Of a stretch of 64,000 bases of DNA, positions 13,804 through 28,389 are shown piece by piece. Source of the stretch: Adineta vaga (lineage: Eukaryota > Animalia > Rotifera); contig CP075497.1 of NCBI GenBank assembly GCA_021613535.1, forward strand, positions 5,146,001 to 5,210,000. Direction: 5' to 3'. The translations under genes and the position numbers were made by a program. The notes below the pieces were generated by a model that saw nothing but the letters and a program-made list of their open reading frames with translations, did not search any database and was not told the DNA's origin. Every line of letters begins with the position of its first letter. The first letter of the stretch is position 1.

Positions 13804-14894
13804 ATTTCTAACCATTTCTTTTTTATTTATCAGCAAAAAAAGTGTCCGCGTGTGTACAAATATAGTGGATTAGATTATATATATATTGAAAAAAAAACAC
13901 ACCAAAACTAACATCTACCGAATTTGAATTATCATTATTACAAGATCTATATTATCAGGTTTTTCAATAGAACAAATAAGATTCTTTCATAAATATATAT
14001 AAATAATTTTAGTATAATAACTATGTATATTTCTGATAGAACTATATTAAATGTTCAGACTGTATAAAAAAACAGCACATGATTTCTAAATGCTTCATAC
14101 AGAAAGAACAAAATTTATTTTTTCTTTAATATTTCTTCTATGAATAGACAGATATTCATCCTATTTCATAGTTTATTTGATTTTTCAACATCGCTAGTTA
14201 TCTTTATTTATCGATAGATGTTATAATTCTTTCTAGAAGATCATTATTGAGGGTCAATTAATCTATTTGTAAAATAAAACGAATTCACATATATAAAAAA
14301 TAAAACATGAAAATACACGTCGTGTTTGAGTACAAAAATCTGTCAAGTAACAATGTAAAAAAAAAGCAATTATTTGTTCAGAACATGTTGTATTGTTTGT
14401 GCGTGTATGGATTACATTAGAATTGATATTAAAATAAAGTTGTCTTTTGATAGAAAATCATTCATTTTTTCAACCACAAGATCATGTAGAATAGATAGTT
14501 TTCTAAATGAGAACATAACGGAAATGTGTAGTTTCTAGTTCTACAAAGCATGAAGATAAAATCAACGAACTCATCAATTATATTCTATCTAATGTCATGG
14601 AGATAAACAAACAATGTAGAGATCTATTATGGAATGAAGTCAGTCATTTTGATCTTCGCTTTGTAATCTTTACAGAGTTATTCTGCACGAAAAATCATGA
14701 TCATTTGAACAAATTGTTTCTACATGGATCAGTGTGATTCAAAAAGTGAATCGATGATGTTTTCAAAATCAAACTAAATCTTAAAAATAACTTCAATGCA
14801 AATGTATTCTAAGTGATCGAGTTTCTTCTGCAAGAACTTTCGATATTACACTAATGTAATAAAAAGAAAACGAGAGAAGAAACTGACGATCAGA

Positions 14895-16926
14895 TCAATT
14901 TTGTTTGAGAAGACCTAAATTTTTAATTGCTGCATATTGTGAAGGTATTTCCATTAAAGCACGTAGTGCAAAACTTGAATCCGTATAAGCTGATGCTTCC
15001 ACAACACTATTGTAATTAACAAATTGAAAATTATCAAATTGTCGTGTTGGTAAAGAATCGTCGAATTCTTCCATCATATCCCATGGTCCATCACCAACAC
15101 CGATCATTACGATCGATAGCGGATAATTACTTGCTTCCACAATAGCATCTTTTGTTTGCTTTTCATTCGTTACTTGACCATCAGCAACAATAACCAGAAT
15201 ATGATACTAAACAAAATTTGATGATTTATTCCAGAAGATTTCAAACAAATGGCTAATCAATTGTCTACTTTTATATACAACAAAATCAGTTAATGGAGAA
15301 AGTAATTTGGTTAGAGATTTCATACAAAGGTCGTCTGTATGGCACACATAAACAAATGTATGGTTATTATTAGTTAAGTGAAAGATTTATAATATCGACA
15401 GTGGGATAGTAAAAGTTGTAAGATTACCACTATACTGACATCATAGAAAATGAAGATATAAAAGATTCTATTGCAATGTCATTTTGACCGTAGGGAAAAC
15501 AACACCTCGGATAATACTGACATTCACAGACATAGAAATAGTTGTTTTATCACTAGATAAGCTTTTCCAGGGATATTGTTTTCTCTCGAACGCAGAGATC
15601 TATCCTATGTTCTTATGATTCGCTTTCATACGATGAAAAAGATTTACTTGTCTTGTTTTCTTCACGATTCGTAAAGCTTCTCTAATTAATGGTGCAAAAT
15701 TGGTTGGTCCAGACATACGAACTTTCGGAGTGATCTCATTATATGCTTCAAGAACACCACGAAAACCTTTGCAAAAAGACCCATCTGGCTATAAAAAGGA
15801 AATAATTCTAAATCAATTCAATCAAATCAAATTAACATACACGTAATGGAAAAATTTTTCGATCTAATGTAGATCGATCACCGAAACCAAATGCTGGTAT
15901 TAATGTGTCTGAATCATATTTTTCTAGGGTTCGTCCTACAATAGTAATAACCTATGAAGAAAAAGAAGAACATACATTTTTGTTTTCGTTGATAAAAAAA
16001 ACTAGTCTTACACTTTGATATGGATTCAATAAACCATCTTGAATACTATGTAAAGATAAGCCATGAAAAGAATTTTTCCCCGTTTCTAAATTGCTTATAG
16101 TATAATCAATGCCGAATATCAATTGTGAACGTTCAAGACCGACTTCTTTAACAGCATTGTCGATTTCTTCTAAAGATGTAAAGTCATCTCTAATAACATT
16201 CTGATGTGTTAGAGATGATTTACCTAAATAGATTGATGTCTAAATATATTTGACAAGATAAATTAGATTCAAACTTACGAACAATCACCGGTGGAGAAAG
16301 AGTTTCTTCTGTTGTTGATACTTCACTTGTTGGTTTTGCTGGAGTTTGCTCAAATCGTGATCGACGACGTGGATTTATAGTTATAGATTGTTCTTGTTTA
16401 GGTAATAATGATATTCGAACGATATTTTCTATAACAGGATTATTATTTATCGATGATTTTTCTTCTTGTAACGTTGTTGATGATGATGATGAATGATGCG
16501 AGTCATTATCATCTAGTAATAAACGAAATAAATAAAAGAAAATGATCGATGTTAGAATTTCTCATCGATTGACAGACTAGCAATAAAGAGTCAAGGAGAA
16601 AAAATAAGAAATTCTTTAACTACAACCTGCGATAATTGTTGATGGTGTTGTACTTGTTGAATGTCGTAATGGAGTAAATTTACTTTCAGAATTTGATGGA
16701 GATAGTGTCGAAGAATTTTCTTCGACTATAGTTGGTAACGCTGGAGTAGATGATAATCGATATTCCGTAGAATCACGAAGATGACAAGTATCTTCATGAC
16801 TTTGTCGACGTCGTTGTCTATGAAGTTGAGTTTCATTTTGTTTAGAGGACCGTTGTCGATAGACAATATAGATGAGAAGAAGAAGAAGAAGTAAGAAAGC
16901 AGAAGTCAATATCAATATTAATCCAT
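14895..16926 (-). CDS. Copine-type vWA domain protein with N-terminal transmembrane helix and no C2 domains
   Basis: [25 protein letters not shown] segment; spliced copine motifs [76 protein letters not shown]. Confidence 0.85.
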
Positions 16927-18135
16927 TTTCTTGATTGACATATGGTACATATGATGCTAATGAAAGAATCGATTTTTTCTATACAAATAAATATGTTATG
17001 AAATTATTTCGAATTAAAAAAACTACAAACATATGAATCTGACGTATGACGTGAACAGCGATCTCGATAACTTCCCGATGATAAAGATCCAATGGAAGAC
17101 GATCGATACTATAAAAATACATCGAAATAAAATCAACATTGATTTGTTTAAATCTATATAGAAGATCATTTTTTTCTTTTCTTTCAATGATTTAGAGAGT
17201 TTATTTTTCGTGTGAAAAACTATCGTCTTTTTATAGACAAGATGACAAATGTTTCGATATCATACGATTTTGAATATAAATAACAAGATGTGTCTATCCA
17301 CTAAAAACTTTGTCCTTTTCTCCCACTAAGATAATATTTCTTTTAGCCTATACATAAATAGCATATGATGATATGTTAATGCTTATTTTAGTGGGAGGGC
17401 GTACCAAGCTTCCTACAGATGTTCGGTTGGACATCATGTTTTCTTATTTTGCTTTGTTCTTCAATCTAGTACGATATGTAGCAGTTCTTCTTCTTCTCCT
17501 TCTTCTTCATAGATAAAAGAACATTATTGAGAATCGACAATGACAACGACGACAGTACGGCCCTTTTTTTTATCTTTCTATATACATATAATAAGTTGTT
17601 TGTTTTTTTACTATTACTTCCGATTGGAACCGAGAAAATAATGCAAAAAAAAGAAGATATAGATGAGGTTCATATCATCTTGTTATTTATCAAAGAGAAT
17701 AGATAATTGAAAAGATATATAGATGAGATTTTCTTGTTTTCCCCTTATACATTCCTCATAATATGTTCTTTTTTTCTACAATTACTAAACTAAAATATGC
17801 ATCATTGATCTCTCTATTCGTTGACCAATCAATCATGGAATCAATATGAAATAGCATATTCTTCTAAGAACATATATATATATATATTGGCATTTCTCGA
17901 TTTGTCAAAGATGAAACAATCGATTCTGATAATTCACAATGTCTTCGAATTGACGGAAAACTAATAGAAAATATCGAGCAAAAGAAAAGACGATATCAAT
18001 AGAAACAAATTAGAAACTAACCGATGAGTATAGTTATAAACACATCAAAGTCAAATAAACTACTCATTATTATCTCTTTCACAATGTTTTATTGAATTCT
18101 TTGTATTTAGTTTTATGTTTTCTATTATACACATC

Positions 18136-18488
18136 TCAATAACTTTGTGTTGTCCCTGGAGAAGTACATAGAGATAGACAAAGATTTCATCAAATTCTAT
18201 TCATAGAATATTATATATTACCTTACTGGACTTTCTACCATGTCGCCATTGTTCGCACACTAGATCATCTGATGGCCATATTGGTTTAATGCCATATTTA
18301 CCTGAATGTACATGTTGTAAATGTGGTGTATTGGATGATGATCGAAGACGTTGTTGTTCTTTTGTTGATGGTTGTACAATACGTTGTTGAAAATTAATAC
18401 GAGATGGAAAATTGTTGAAAGCATCCGAGGATGAATAGTATACGTTTGGTAATGATTTCGTGTATGGTCGTTTCAAATATGTCTTCAT
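18136..18488 (-). CDS. Small uncharacterised protein (about 94 aa), 2 exons
   Basis: ORF with host-like codon usage; in-phase GTAAGG...CAG intron joins a terminal exon RTTQSY-stop. Confidence 0.5.
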
Positions 18489-20561
18489 TGATAGAATTGA
18501 AATCGACAGTATCCAAAATACATCAGCAAATGTCTATTGATTTGTTTGTGTTCTTGACGGTTAGTTGCTAATATCTGATGTCATTTTCTTTTACTTCTAC
18601 CGTATCTTTTTTCTGAAGTTTTTCTTATTTGTCAGAGATTTTGATGATGCTAAGAGAATAAAACCAATTAACAGTATAGCAAATTAAGGATAGCCAGTCG
18701 TCCGTCAACACAGCGGGTTTTATTCTTTACCAGCCTTCTATTTCTTCTTCTTCGTTTCGTTATGTATCGTTTGTCAGGCGTACACTCTTCTATTTATCAT
18801 TGTATAGATCCAACACTCAGTGATGTAATTCAAGGCGAGTGGGAGAAGAAGAAGAAGGAGAAGAAGAAATAGAAGAATAGAGAAATTCGCTTGACGATAC
18901 TCAATTCTAGTTCTGGTAAATAGTTAGAAATGTATAGAGGAAAGAGAGAATAGAGATACATACATATATATATATATTTCGAAGAAAATACATACAGACA
19001 CAAAATACATTGAGACATATAACAAACAATCTATAATGCATGCTAATTCCATCAAGATATGGATCATTTCAGAGAAGATCATTTTGTGTAATGTTGCTTT
19101 ATTTTTAGTCGATTCAATTTCTTTGATTATTAGAAAATGATAATATAAAGAAATAACGAAGATTCAGTATGCTTCAAGACAACAGACAACATCCGAGGAT
19201 ATTGATTATCGACCAGCTGTCTCAGATTTTCACTATTCTTGTCAGATATAACCTTGGAAAGAGCATATATCAATTGAGTTTTCTGCATGATGAACTCACT
19301 ATTTTCATAGTTAAGTTACTTCGACGACTGCAAAAAATACAATGTCAAAACATTGAGATCAATCTTAGTCGATATTTTTATACATAAATATTGTTCTCAA
19401 GTTGACTACGATCAAAAAAAAATATTCCGAAGGACAAAAAATTTTCTTGATTGAATACATTCATTTTATATGTAGACATCTGGTTTCTTTTGGGTTTCAG
19501 CAATTGGAAAATGTCACATAGAATAAATAAGACATCATATAAAATAACGAACTGTATATTCAATGACAAGATCTTCATTGCGATTCATTTTTTATTCTCC
19601 TGAACTCAATGTACACTGTAATAACAGTATCAAGGCATCAATATATCAATAATAATGATGATGGCGATTCTACGGACACGTATATCTAACAACTTCATCT
19701 AGAATAGATAAGATAAATAGATAAGTTATGGAGAATCCATGTTAAAAATAGAGAAAAGCTATTGTATTGACATGAAATATTGTCCCATGTTGGAATAACT
19801 CTTTCTGTATAGAATTGAGAACTGATAGTATCATTCGATAAAGAATTAAATGAAAAATAAAAACTTGGTATTGCCATCCACTTTCTATGATCAATTTTCA
19901 ATGAATTAATTCATTTTACGTAGGATGTTCATTTTGTCTAAATTATAGATTTTTATGGATAATTTTCAAATACAATATCATGTGACAACATTTGTCATTC
20001 ATAAGATATAATTACTTCGACGTTTTTTTCTTCTTTGGACAACAATGAACGTAATTCAACTATCGGATTGTTCTCTTCTAATAATGGAACATAACAACGA
20101 TTTGTGGTTCAATATCATATTCTGCTTTTACAAAGATTAATTTTCGTAAAATTCTACGTTTTATTCGAGAATATAGTGTGGAAAAATTATCCAATGTTCA
20201 TGCTTCTATTCAACTAGGAATTTCGCTGAGTAACGATATTTTCTCAAAATCTTGATTCTATCCTTTACCTAGTATTAATTATCAATCATAATATGTATTG
20301 CAAAAGATTCATTGTATCAAAAAAAAGTCAATAATAGTGTAATTATCGGTACTGTTTACACAGCACCATATAACCAACTCGATTGTATTCGTTTCATGAC
20401 CTATGACATATTTTCTTCTTCTTTCCTCTCTTCGATCACCACGTGATTCTTCATTTAATTACATTCACTCTCTTCTCTCGCGTTTCTGGCGAAGCCGTGC
20501 GAAAATATGAGATGTGTAGAGACAAAACCAGTATCGAGACTTCGAGAATTATAAAATAGTT

Positions 20562-20751
20562 ATCGCTTCTCGGCCTTTTCGGCTAAGATCAAAGTGTAGT
20601 ATCTGTTCTCGTCGGTTTGAAAGCCGGCGCTGGTCCCATTGGGGCCAGGCTCTTTCAAGCAGATTTTTGGACATGGGCCAGGATCACCCGAGTTCACTCG
20701 GACCTGTGCCACGGATCGTCTCGACACTGCAGTGCCGTCGAGTTCGGTCCA
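20562..20751 (+). ncRNA. RNU2: U2 spliceosomal snRNA
   Basis: ATCGCTTCTCGGCCTTTTCGGCTAAGATCAAAGTGTAGTATCTGTTCT (branch-site region GUAGUA); stems IIa/IIb; Sm site AGATTTTTGG at about 20661; stem IV with CTGCAGT loop. Confidence 0.96.
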
Positions 20752-21366
20752 CTCCCGTTTCTTTCGGGAAACGGGAATCCATTTAAAAAAAACTAAAAAG
20801 AATTTATTTGATTTGATTTTTGGGTTGAATGGTATGCATAAGGACAGAAATGGGACTAGCCCTGTAAAACTAGGAAACTAGTTGCTTATTACAATTGTAC
20901 CAAAAGGTAAATGTCATGAATATCACATCATGGTTGCGATGACGAAATAAAGCGGATAGTAAAGAAATTTACTGTTTGACAGAGCAATCTATTTTTCTGA
21001 ACAATTTAATGATATTGACATTAAGTCAGAAAGAAAAAGCTGGAATATATTTAAGAAATGAAGAAAAAGATTAATTGTATTAATTTGAGCATTCTTTTAG
21101 TTAGGAAAAAAAATAGCTGATTGAATGGTTTAAATACATGTTTGATCTTTCAAACATATATATATATATCGAAATATATTGTTCTGCTAAAAAAAAAGAA
21201 AAAGACACCAGAAGATAATTAAGATGAAAAGTCCGAAAAAATTGCATTATCACAAAAGAAAACCAAAGGACATGCAGATCTGCGAAAGAACGATTGTTAA
21301 GGGAAAATGTTAATATCTAGCAAAAAATATTTTATGTACAGAAATCAGTTATCCATTGGTATAGTC

Positions 21367-22609
21367 TTATTTTCCTGTCGGTTTATAGAAGCATGTAGTA
21401 ACGAATTTTTGTTTATATCGTGTTGTTGTACTTAATACCATGACTCCATCCTAAGAAGAAATAACGATTTATTATATGTATTCAAGTTATGTATTAGAAT
21501 ACTTACTCGAATCGATAATGCGTAGAGATGTTTTAACATAACATGATTAGGTTCAGGTAAAAGTGCAGGCTCATACTAAGAAGATAGATAGAATAGAATA
21601 GGGTATAGTAAAAGAAGAGAAAACTTACATGAGCAGCAGTATCTTTATTGAGAATAATATTAAGTAAATGTGGAGGTAAAAATGGTGGTTTATCAGATGG
21701 TGAAAAATCTTCACGATTTGGTGGTGGCCAAGTTTGATCATAAGAACCTGGCGGTGAACGAGCCATATCAGGATCTTCCGCTATCAATGAAAAGCATAGA
21801 TAATAGAAAATAAAAACGTTGAAAATATTTCACAACTTACATTGTTGTTTATTCATACCAGAATGTTGATTATTAGTTAAAATTGAATCCGATGTGAGAG
21901 CTTCCATAACTTCAAAATCACTCTTTTTAACAGTCACAATATTATTACGACCATTATGACCATCCTCAACCGATGGCTAAAAGTATCAACGATAAAAACG
22001 TAGAAAATATTGAAAAATTTAACTAAAACATTCTCATACTTCATTTAAATCATATTCCCATCGACCATCAATCGAAAATTTATATTCATGTTTACCTTCA
22101 GGTAATTCCAGAATAGCAACAAAATCATTATCACTATAAACAAAAGAAGAGACTCAGTTAAAACATCTTGATATATATGGCGAAAGAATAAGTACCTTTT
22201 AACCATCACGATCGTTTCTTTCCAATTCGTAAATGAACCAACTAGTAAAGCTTCCTTATCCTTTGGTGAAGCAGGATATTTAAATACAACTGGTATTGTT
22301 TTCTTTTCGTTTTGCATTTCTGCTTGAACAGCTTGTTGTGAATGATGGTGTTGCATTTGACGTTGATTACGAATACGAATTGGTAAACTACTATCATGTC
22401 TTGGTGAGATCTATATACATAAATATATATATATATATAATCCATTTTTCTATATGTGATAACATTACTCGTTCGTCAACTGGTAATAAATGATTATTTC
22501 CTGTGCTATCATTGTGATCCAGTGTCACATAACGACCATCTTCACCATCTCGTTCGTAACGTGTATACGTATCACTACGTGTACGACCTGATTGTTGTTG
22601 ATTACCCAT
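21367..22609 (-). CDS. PRKAB1: AMP-activated protein kinase beta subunit
   Basis: N-terminal MGN myristoylation site; glycogen-binding module LVGSFTNWKE...LPEGKHEYKFSIDGRW; PPFLPPHLLNIILNKD; EPALLPEPNHVMLKHLYALSIR; C-terminal YKQKFVTTCFYKP. Confidence 0.95.
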
Positions 22610-23109
22610 TGTGTTGTAGAAATATCTATTTGTCTAAAATGATAATAATCAAACAAATAATCGCATTTTCAAAATGTTTATCATCTTATTCGCTTTTTTT
22701 CAGACATTGAATTTCTTTTTTCTAATATTAACTAGTTTTTTTTTCGTATAATAATGAGAAACAGAAAACAACATTTTTTTTCTTCTCACTCAAACTCTTG
22801 CTTTTCTTTAATACGTATAGATGATATATAATACAAAAAACAGACACTATTGCATCATGCGCGCATACACACACACACACACATATATATATTCACAAAT
22901 ATATCATTTAATCTCTTCATTGTCTTGTCTTTCTTTTTTGTCCATGCAAACAAAAATTGCATTCACCAAACAAATCACTATGAATCTTTGGTTCGTGAAA
23001 AATAGATCCATGAAAAAAGAAAAGATATGTATATATCGATGTGAAACACAAGAATAAATATCTAGGAGACAAGAGATCAAACGAGACAATAAGTTGATAG
23101 TTAGAACAA

Positions 23110-23132
23110 TAGTAGTAGTAGTAGTAGTAGTA
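23110..23132. repeat. (TAG)n microsatellite
   Basis: tagtagtagtagtagtagtagta. Confidence 0.9.
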
Positions 23133-23259
23133 ATACAAAACAACGAGTAGAGTAGAAATATGTATATATACAACATATATCAGAGAGAAAAAACAACTGT
23201 ACAAAGACATACACACACTCACACAGGTACAAAAGACAAAAGAAAAGAAAAGAAAATAA

Positions 23260-25937
23260 TCAACCACAAAATGTGCATGTAAATCCTCCAAGTATTTTAA
23301 TTAATGTTGTCAATTGTGTTGATTCATCAATTGCTGTATCACTGATATAAAAATTACATAGTGAACAACGTTTTGCACGATCTTGGGCAAATATAGGAAG
23401 AAACGTTTTATTACAACGTTGAAAATCATGACCATTTGGACAGGTAACATCGAAAAATGTTCGAATATGTAATGTTTGTCCACATAATGGACAATGAAGA
23501 TATTTTTGATCACATGTTGATAAATATTGACTATTAATTTGTGCTGGAGGTGTTGGTCCATTGGATATTGTTATTGGTGTTGATGTCATATTTGGATTTG
23601 CCATGGCTAATAATGAACCAAATTGTGCAGTTAGATTATTTCCTGTTAAACTAGTATTTGCATTTCCACTTGTATTTGTTGCATTAGCTGATGCTTGTAA
23701 TTGTTGAGTTGAATATTGTAATAATTGTTCACACCAATAAAGGATTGATTTTTCAATCGGAGTTAATTGTAATTGTTGTTCAGTTGCTGGTCGATTTTGA
23801 ACATAATCATATAATTTCTTGATTAAATCAATTGAAATCATTTGAGCAAAAACATCCGCTAGAAATAACATATAGGGAGCTTGTCGTAGACCATTTCCTA
23901 GGCCACTATTATGATATGATAATAAGAGACGACACAATGAATGTACTTTTTTCAATAAACTAACACTAGCTTGATCTGCACAATCAGCAACAGACATAAT
24001 TAAATCTGTTAATGCATTGGATTTATCTGAATAGAGCAAAACACGTAACGCTGCTAGTACATCATTCAAACGAAATGATGGCAATGGATTTGAAAGAAAA
24101 AATGTTATCGTTGATGAAACATCTTTCAAAGAATAAACTGATAATGTTAATATCGCTTCACTACGTTTCATCGTTAGAACAGTACAATGTGTTGGAGTAA
24201 TACCAGCAGCTTGACAATCGCTACCTATCAAACAAATAGAGAATTAATTTCGTTCATTTGTTTTTTGTTTTCAATCTTTCTAACCTGCTGGTAATAATTG
24301 ACAAAATTGTTCAAATCTCGTCGCATGTTGTTGATGATGATGATGATGTGGATCATTAAATTGTTGTGTCACTTGTCTATGTATAAAACCATCTCTACAT
24401 ATTAAATACAAATCTTGTGTATCAGATAAAAAATGCGTTAAGACACTGGAATTTAAAGCATATTCATTGACTGTTTTGATTGTAAATTGTGAACAGGATG
24501 TATTATAACCTGTTGATGTTATATTTAATGTTGCTATAACAATAGAGTCCATTTGAGCAAAAAATAATCGATATTCATTATGTTGTTGATATAAAGCAAT
24601 ATGATGTATTCGTGCACCATTCGAAACGAGATGTGGAGATTCTTGTTTTGTATAAGCAAGTAATGGTGCTAATTCATTCCCAGTTAAAGATATGGATATC
24701 AATGAAACATGACCATGTGATGAACCTAATGCAAGAATACCGGCTGTATCTGATAGTGACAACCATGCCATAGCTGATATAGAATTATGTGGTGATCGAT
24801 ATGGTGCATCAGTTTTAGAATTATGTAGTCCATTGGACATCGGTGGTGAATTGCCAGGTTTTTTTGTACCATTAGCTGTTGCAAATGACGGTTCAGTTGC
24901 ATTAGGTTCTAATAGAGCGGCATATGTTAATGTAAGATTATTTGTTTGTTGCTGTTCAGATAATTGCCATATAGCAACATGACCAGATTCGAGACCACAA
25001 AAGAGAAGAACGAAACGAGATGGTGAATCGCGGCGAAGTACATTGGACCAACCGAGACAAGTGGGAACTAAAATAAAAATAAATGAGTTAATTTATTTCT
25101 CTTTCTCTTTTGCAGATTCTATGCTAAATGATAGTATGTGAGAAAGAAAAAGGGCAAGAATTGTTTTAGTTGTTTTTTCCTCTGCCTGTATTTCTCTTCT
25201 TCTCGAATGCGAAAACAAAATAGACAATCGTGGTTTTCTTTCTTTTCTCTCTATTAGTAGAAAAAGAAAAAGACAGCTGATGATTATTTCGAAAGTCTTT
25301 TTTCTTTTCTCGTTCATAGTAAAAAAAAAGAAAGGAGAGGAAGGAAATCCGCAGTTCTTCTTATTCTTCTATTTTTTTCTATTTCAGACATTCATCTGTT
25401 CACAGAATATATGCAAACATTTTTCTTTCTTTTATTCCTACCAAGCAATGCTTCTTCATCACGTGACAATCCTCCGCCCGTTGATGTTGTTCCATTTGTA
25501 GTTGGTGGTTTTCGTGAAGTTGCTGGATTACTACCATTACGTTCATCTAATTGAGATCGCCATCGTTTCGATACGTTAAATAGAACAACAGGCGATTCTT
25601 GATTTGCATCACATATAACAAGTTGACCTGTCGATGAAGCAACTGCTAATAAACGTGCACCGTCAGGTCGTAAAGAATCTGGACAGAAAAGTGCAAGTGG
25701 TGTGTATGTATAATAACGTAAATCATCTTGTTCAAGATGTTGATCAAGTTGAAACCATGAAACAGTAAATAATTGAACTTTACGTGAAGAATGACCACTG
25801 AAAGTTAATAATGTGAAACCAGTTGAAGATGCAATTGCAAAACGAGACCAATCGGAACAAGAAATAGCGCCATCTTTGAGTGAGTCCGACGTTTGAAAGT
25901 GCTGCTCTTCAAGCAGCGAACAATCAAAGCCGCTCAT
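23260..25937 (-). CDS. GTF3C4: Probable general transcription factor IIIC subunit 4 (TFIIIC-delta/tau60), WD40-like N-terminus plus C-terminal zinc finger; 3 exons
   Basis: WD-like strands (LLAVASSTGQLVIC, LFCGLESGHVAIW, LALGSSHGHVSLI); C-terminal CPLC...CPNGHDFQRCNKT...CSLC...CTFCG-stop matching the zf-TFIIIC pattern; introns about 24229-24283 and 25068-25440. Confidence 0.65.
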
Positions 25938-26861
25938 ATTAATTTAAAATTTTGGCCGCAACTAGAAATATAAATAAACATAGAAGAATCTCATAAATTT
26001 TGACAAGTTACGTAAAGACATATCAATATACGAAAGAAAACTATGAAAAAAATTGATTGTCTTCAATCGATTGAACAATATACCTGATGATAATAATGAT
26101 GAATTTTTCAGATTCTTTGAAAAATATTTCTTTAAACCAAACGGACAGGAAAAAAATCGAAAATTTTTTTCTTTTTTTTTTCTCTTGTCTCGTTCGGCTG
26201 TTGAAGGAATGGATGGATCAGAACGCAAAGAAAAGAATGAGCGACAGCAGGGGGCAGTAGAGAGAAAAAAGAGAGACAATGGTGCTATGGGAAGGAAAAA
26301 GGGCGAAGACGGCGGCGCTACAGAACAAATCACCGCCATTGTTTATTCATGAAGAACTCGATTATATTTACAATAAGAAAAGGAAAAAATAATATTTCGC
26401 TCAAAAATTTTCGTCATATTTCCTTTTGATTAAGATCATTGCTTATCTTATTTAAAAGACAGTTCCAATATTTTGTCAACGAACGTGATAGATGGCGCTC
26501 GAAAAACGATAGATTCAGTTTTAAAAATATTTTAATAATTTTCCTGTTTATTTTAATTTCGATTAAAATTTTTTTTCATTATTATAGGCATTCTGTCGTT
26601 GAACTTACGAAATCAATGAGACATCATACTTGATTAATGGCGTCTATTTTTTTTCTATTTTGAATGTTTGTTCTTATCCTTTTCTTTTTTTCTTCTTTCT
26701 CGTGGTTATTGCTCAAGATATGTCTACGTGGCCAGGTGTGCCACGAGTTCATATTAATCATGCTGACGAAGTTTAAAAACAGAATTTCTTTACATTTTCT
26801 GATTTAGATTTGAACAAATTTAATTTTCTTTTTTGCATTTTACACAAATTTCAATAACTAA

Positions 26862-27693
<832 letters not shown>

Positions 27694-28389
27694 ACATTGA
27701 CAACAACATTACTCTTTAACACATTTCTTTTTTCGTTTTTTTTTCGTTCGTTCTCTGTCTTTTGCAAATATATTCCAACAAGAAAAGTATCATATCTCTC
27801 TTTTTTCATCAACATTCTTTTGAAAAGCAAAATGTAACTATGGAATGGTTATATACATACATACATACATACATGATGTCTTACTTTCTATTTATTTCAT
27901 TCTTATTATTTCAAGGTGTTCTAGTATATGTAAAACAAGCTCTATTTATCTAATGATCACTTTAAGTGTCCGCTGTTTGTTTCCTTTTCTTTTTCTGTTG
28001 TGGAAATCTTCTTTTCTTTCCTTTCTTTTTTTCTTGCGCGTTTATTGTTCGTTGTTATATGAAAAGTTTATTTGCCTGTATTTGTGTCGTATGAGTAAGA
28101 GAAAACCAACAGCAACAGAGAGAAAGATCATTTTCTGAACAAGAAAAAACAAAACATGTGAAAATATTTAGATCAATAAAGATATTAGAAAAATTTTATT
28201 TGTTTCTCTTTTTGTCCTAAGAATTTTTCAGATAAACTGTTTATTTTATTTCGTGAAGAAAAGAAAACGATTGTTGCCATATGATCTTTTAGTCATAGAT
28301 AAGGTCTATATTTGAATAGACCCAGCACTGTTAATTGAATCGAGATAACATTTCTTTTTTATTTCTGTTCTTAGATTAAGTTTTCAAAT

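Noticed and set aside
20639-20881. 80-aa ORF
   Set aside because: Overlaps the U2 snRNA; the open frame is a by-product of GC-rich RNA sequence
10344-25937. Functional clustering of tRNA, U2 and a TFIIIC subunit gene
   Set aside because: U2 is Pol II transcribed and the loci are many kb apart with unrelated genes between; likely coincidence
25962-26352. Overlapping ORFs between GTF3C4 and ARF1
   Set aside because: Low-complexity purine/pyrimidine tracts of a divergent promoter region
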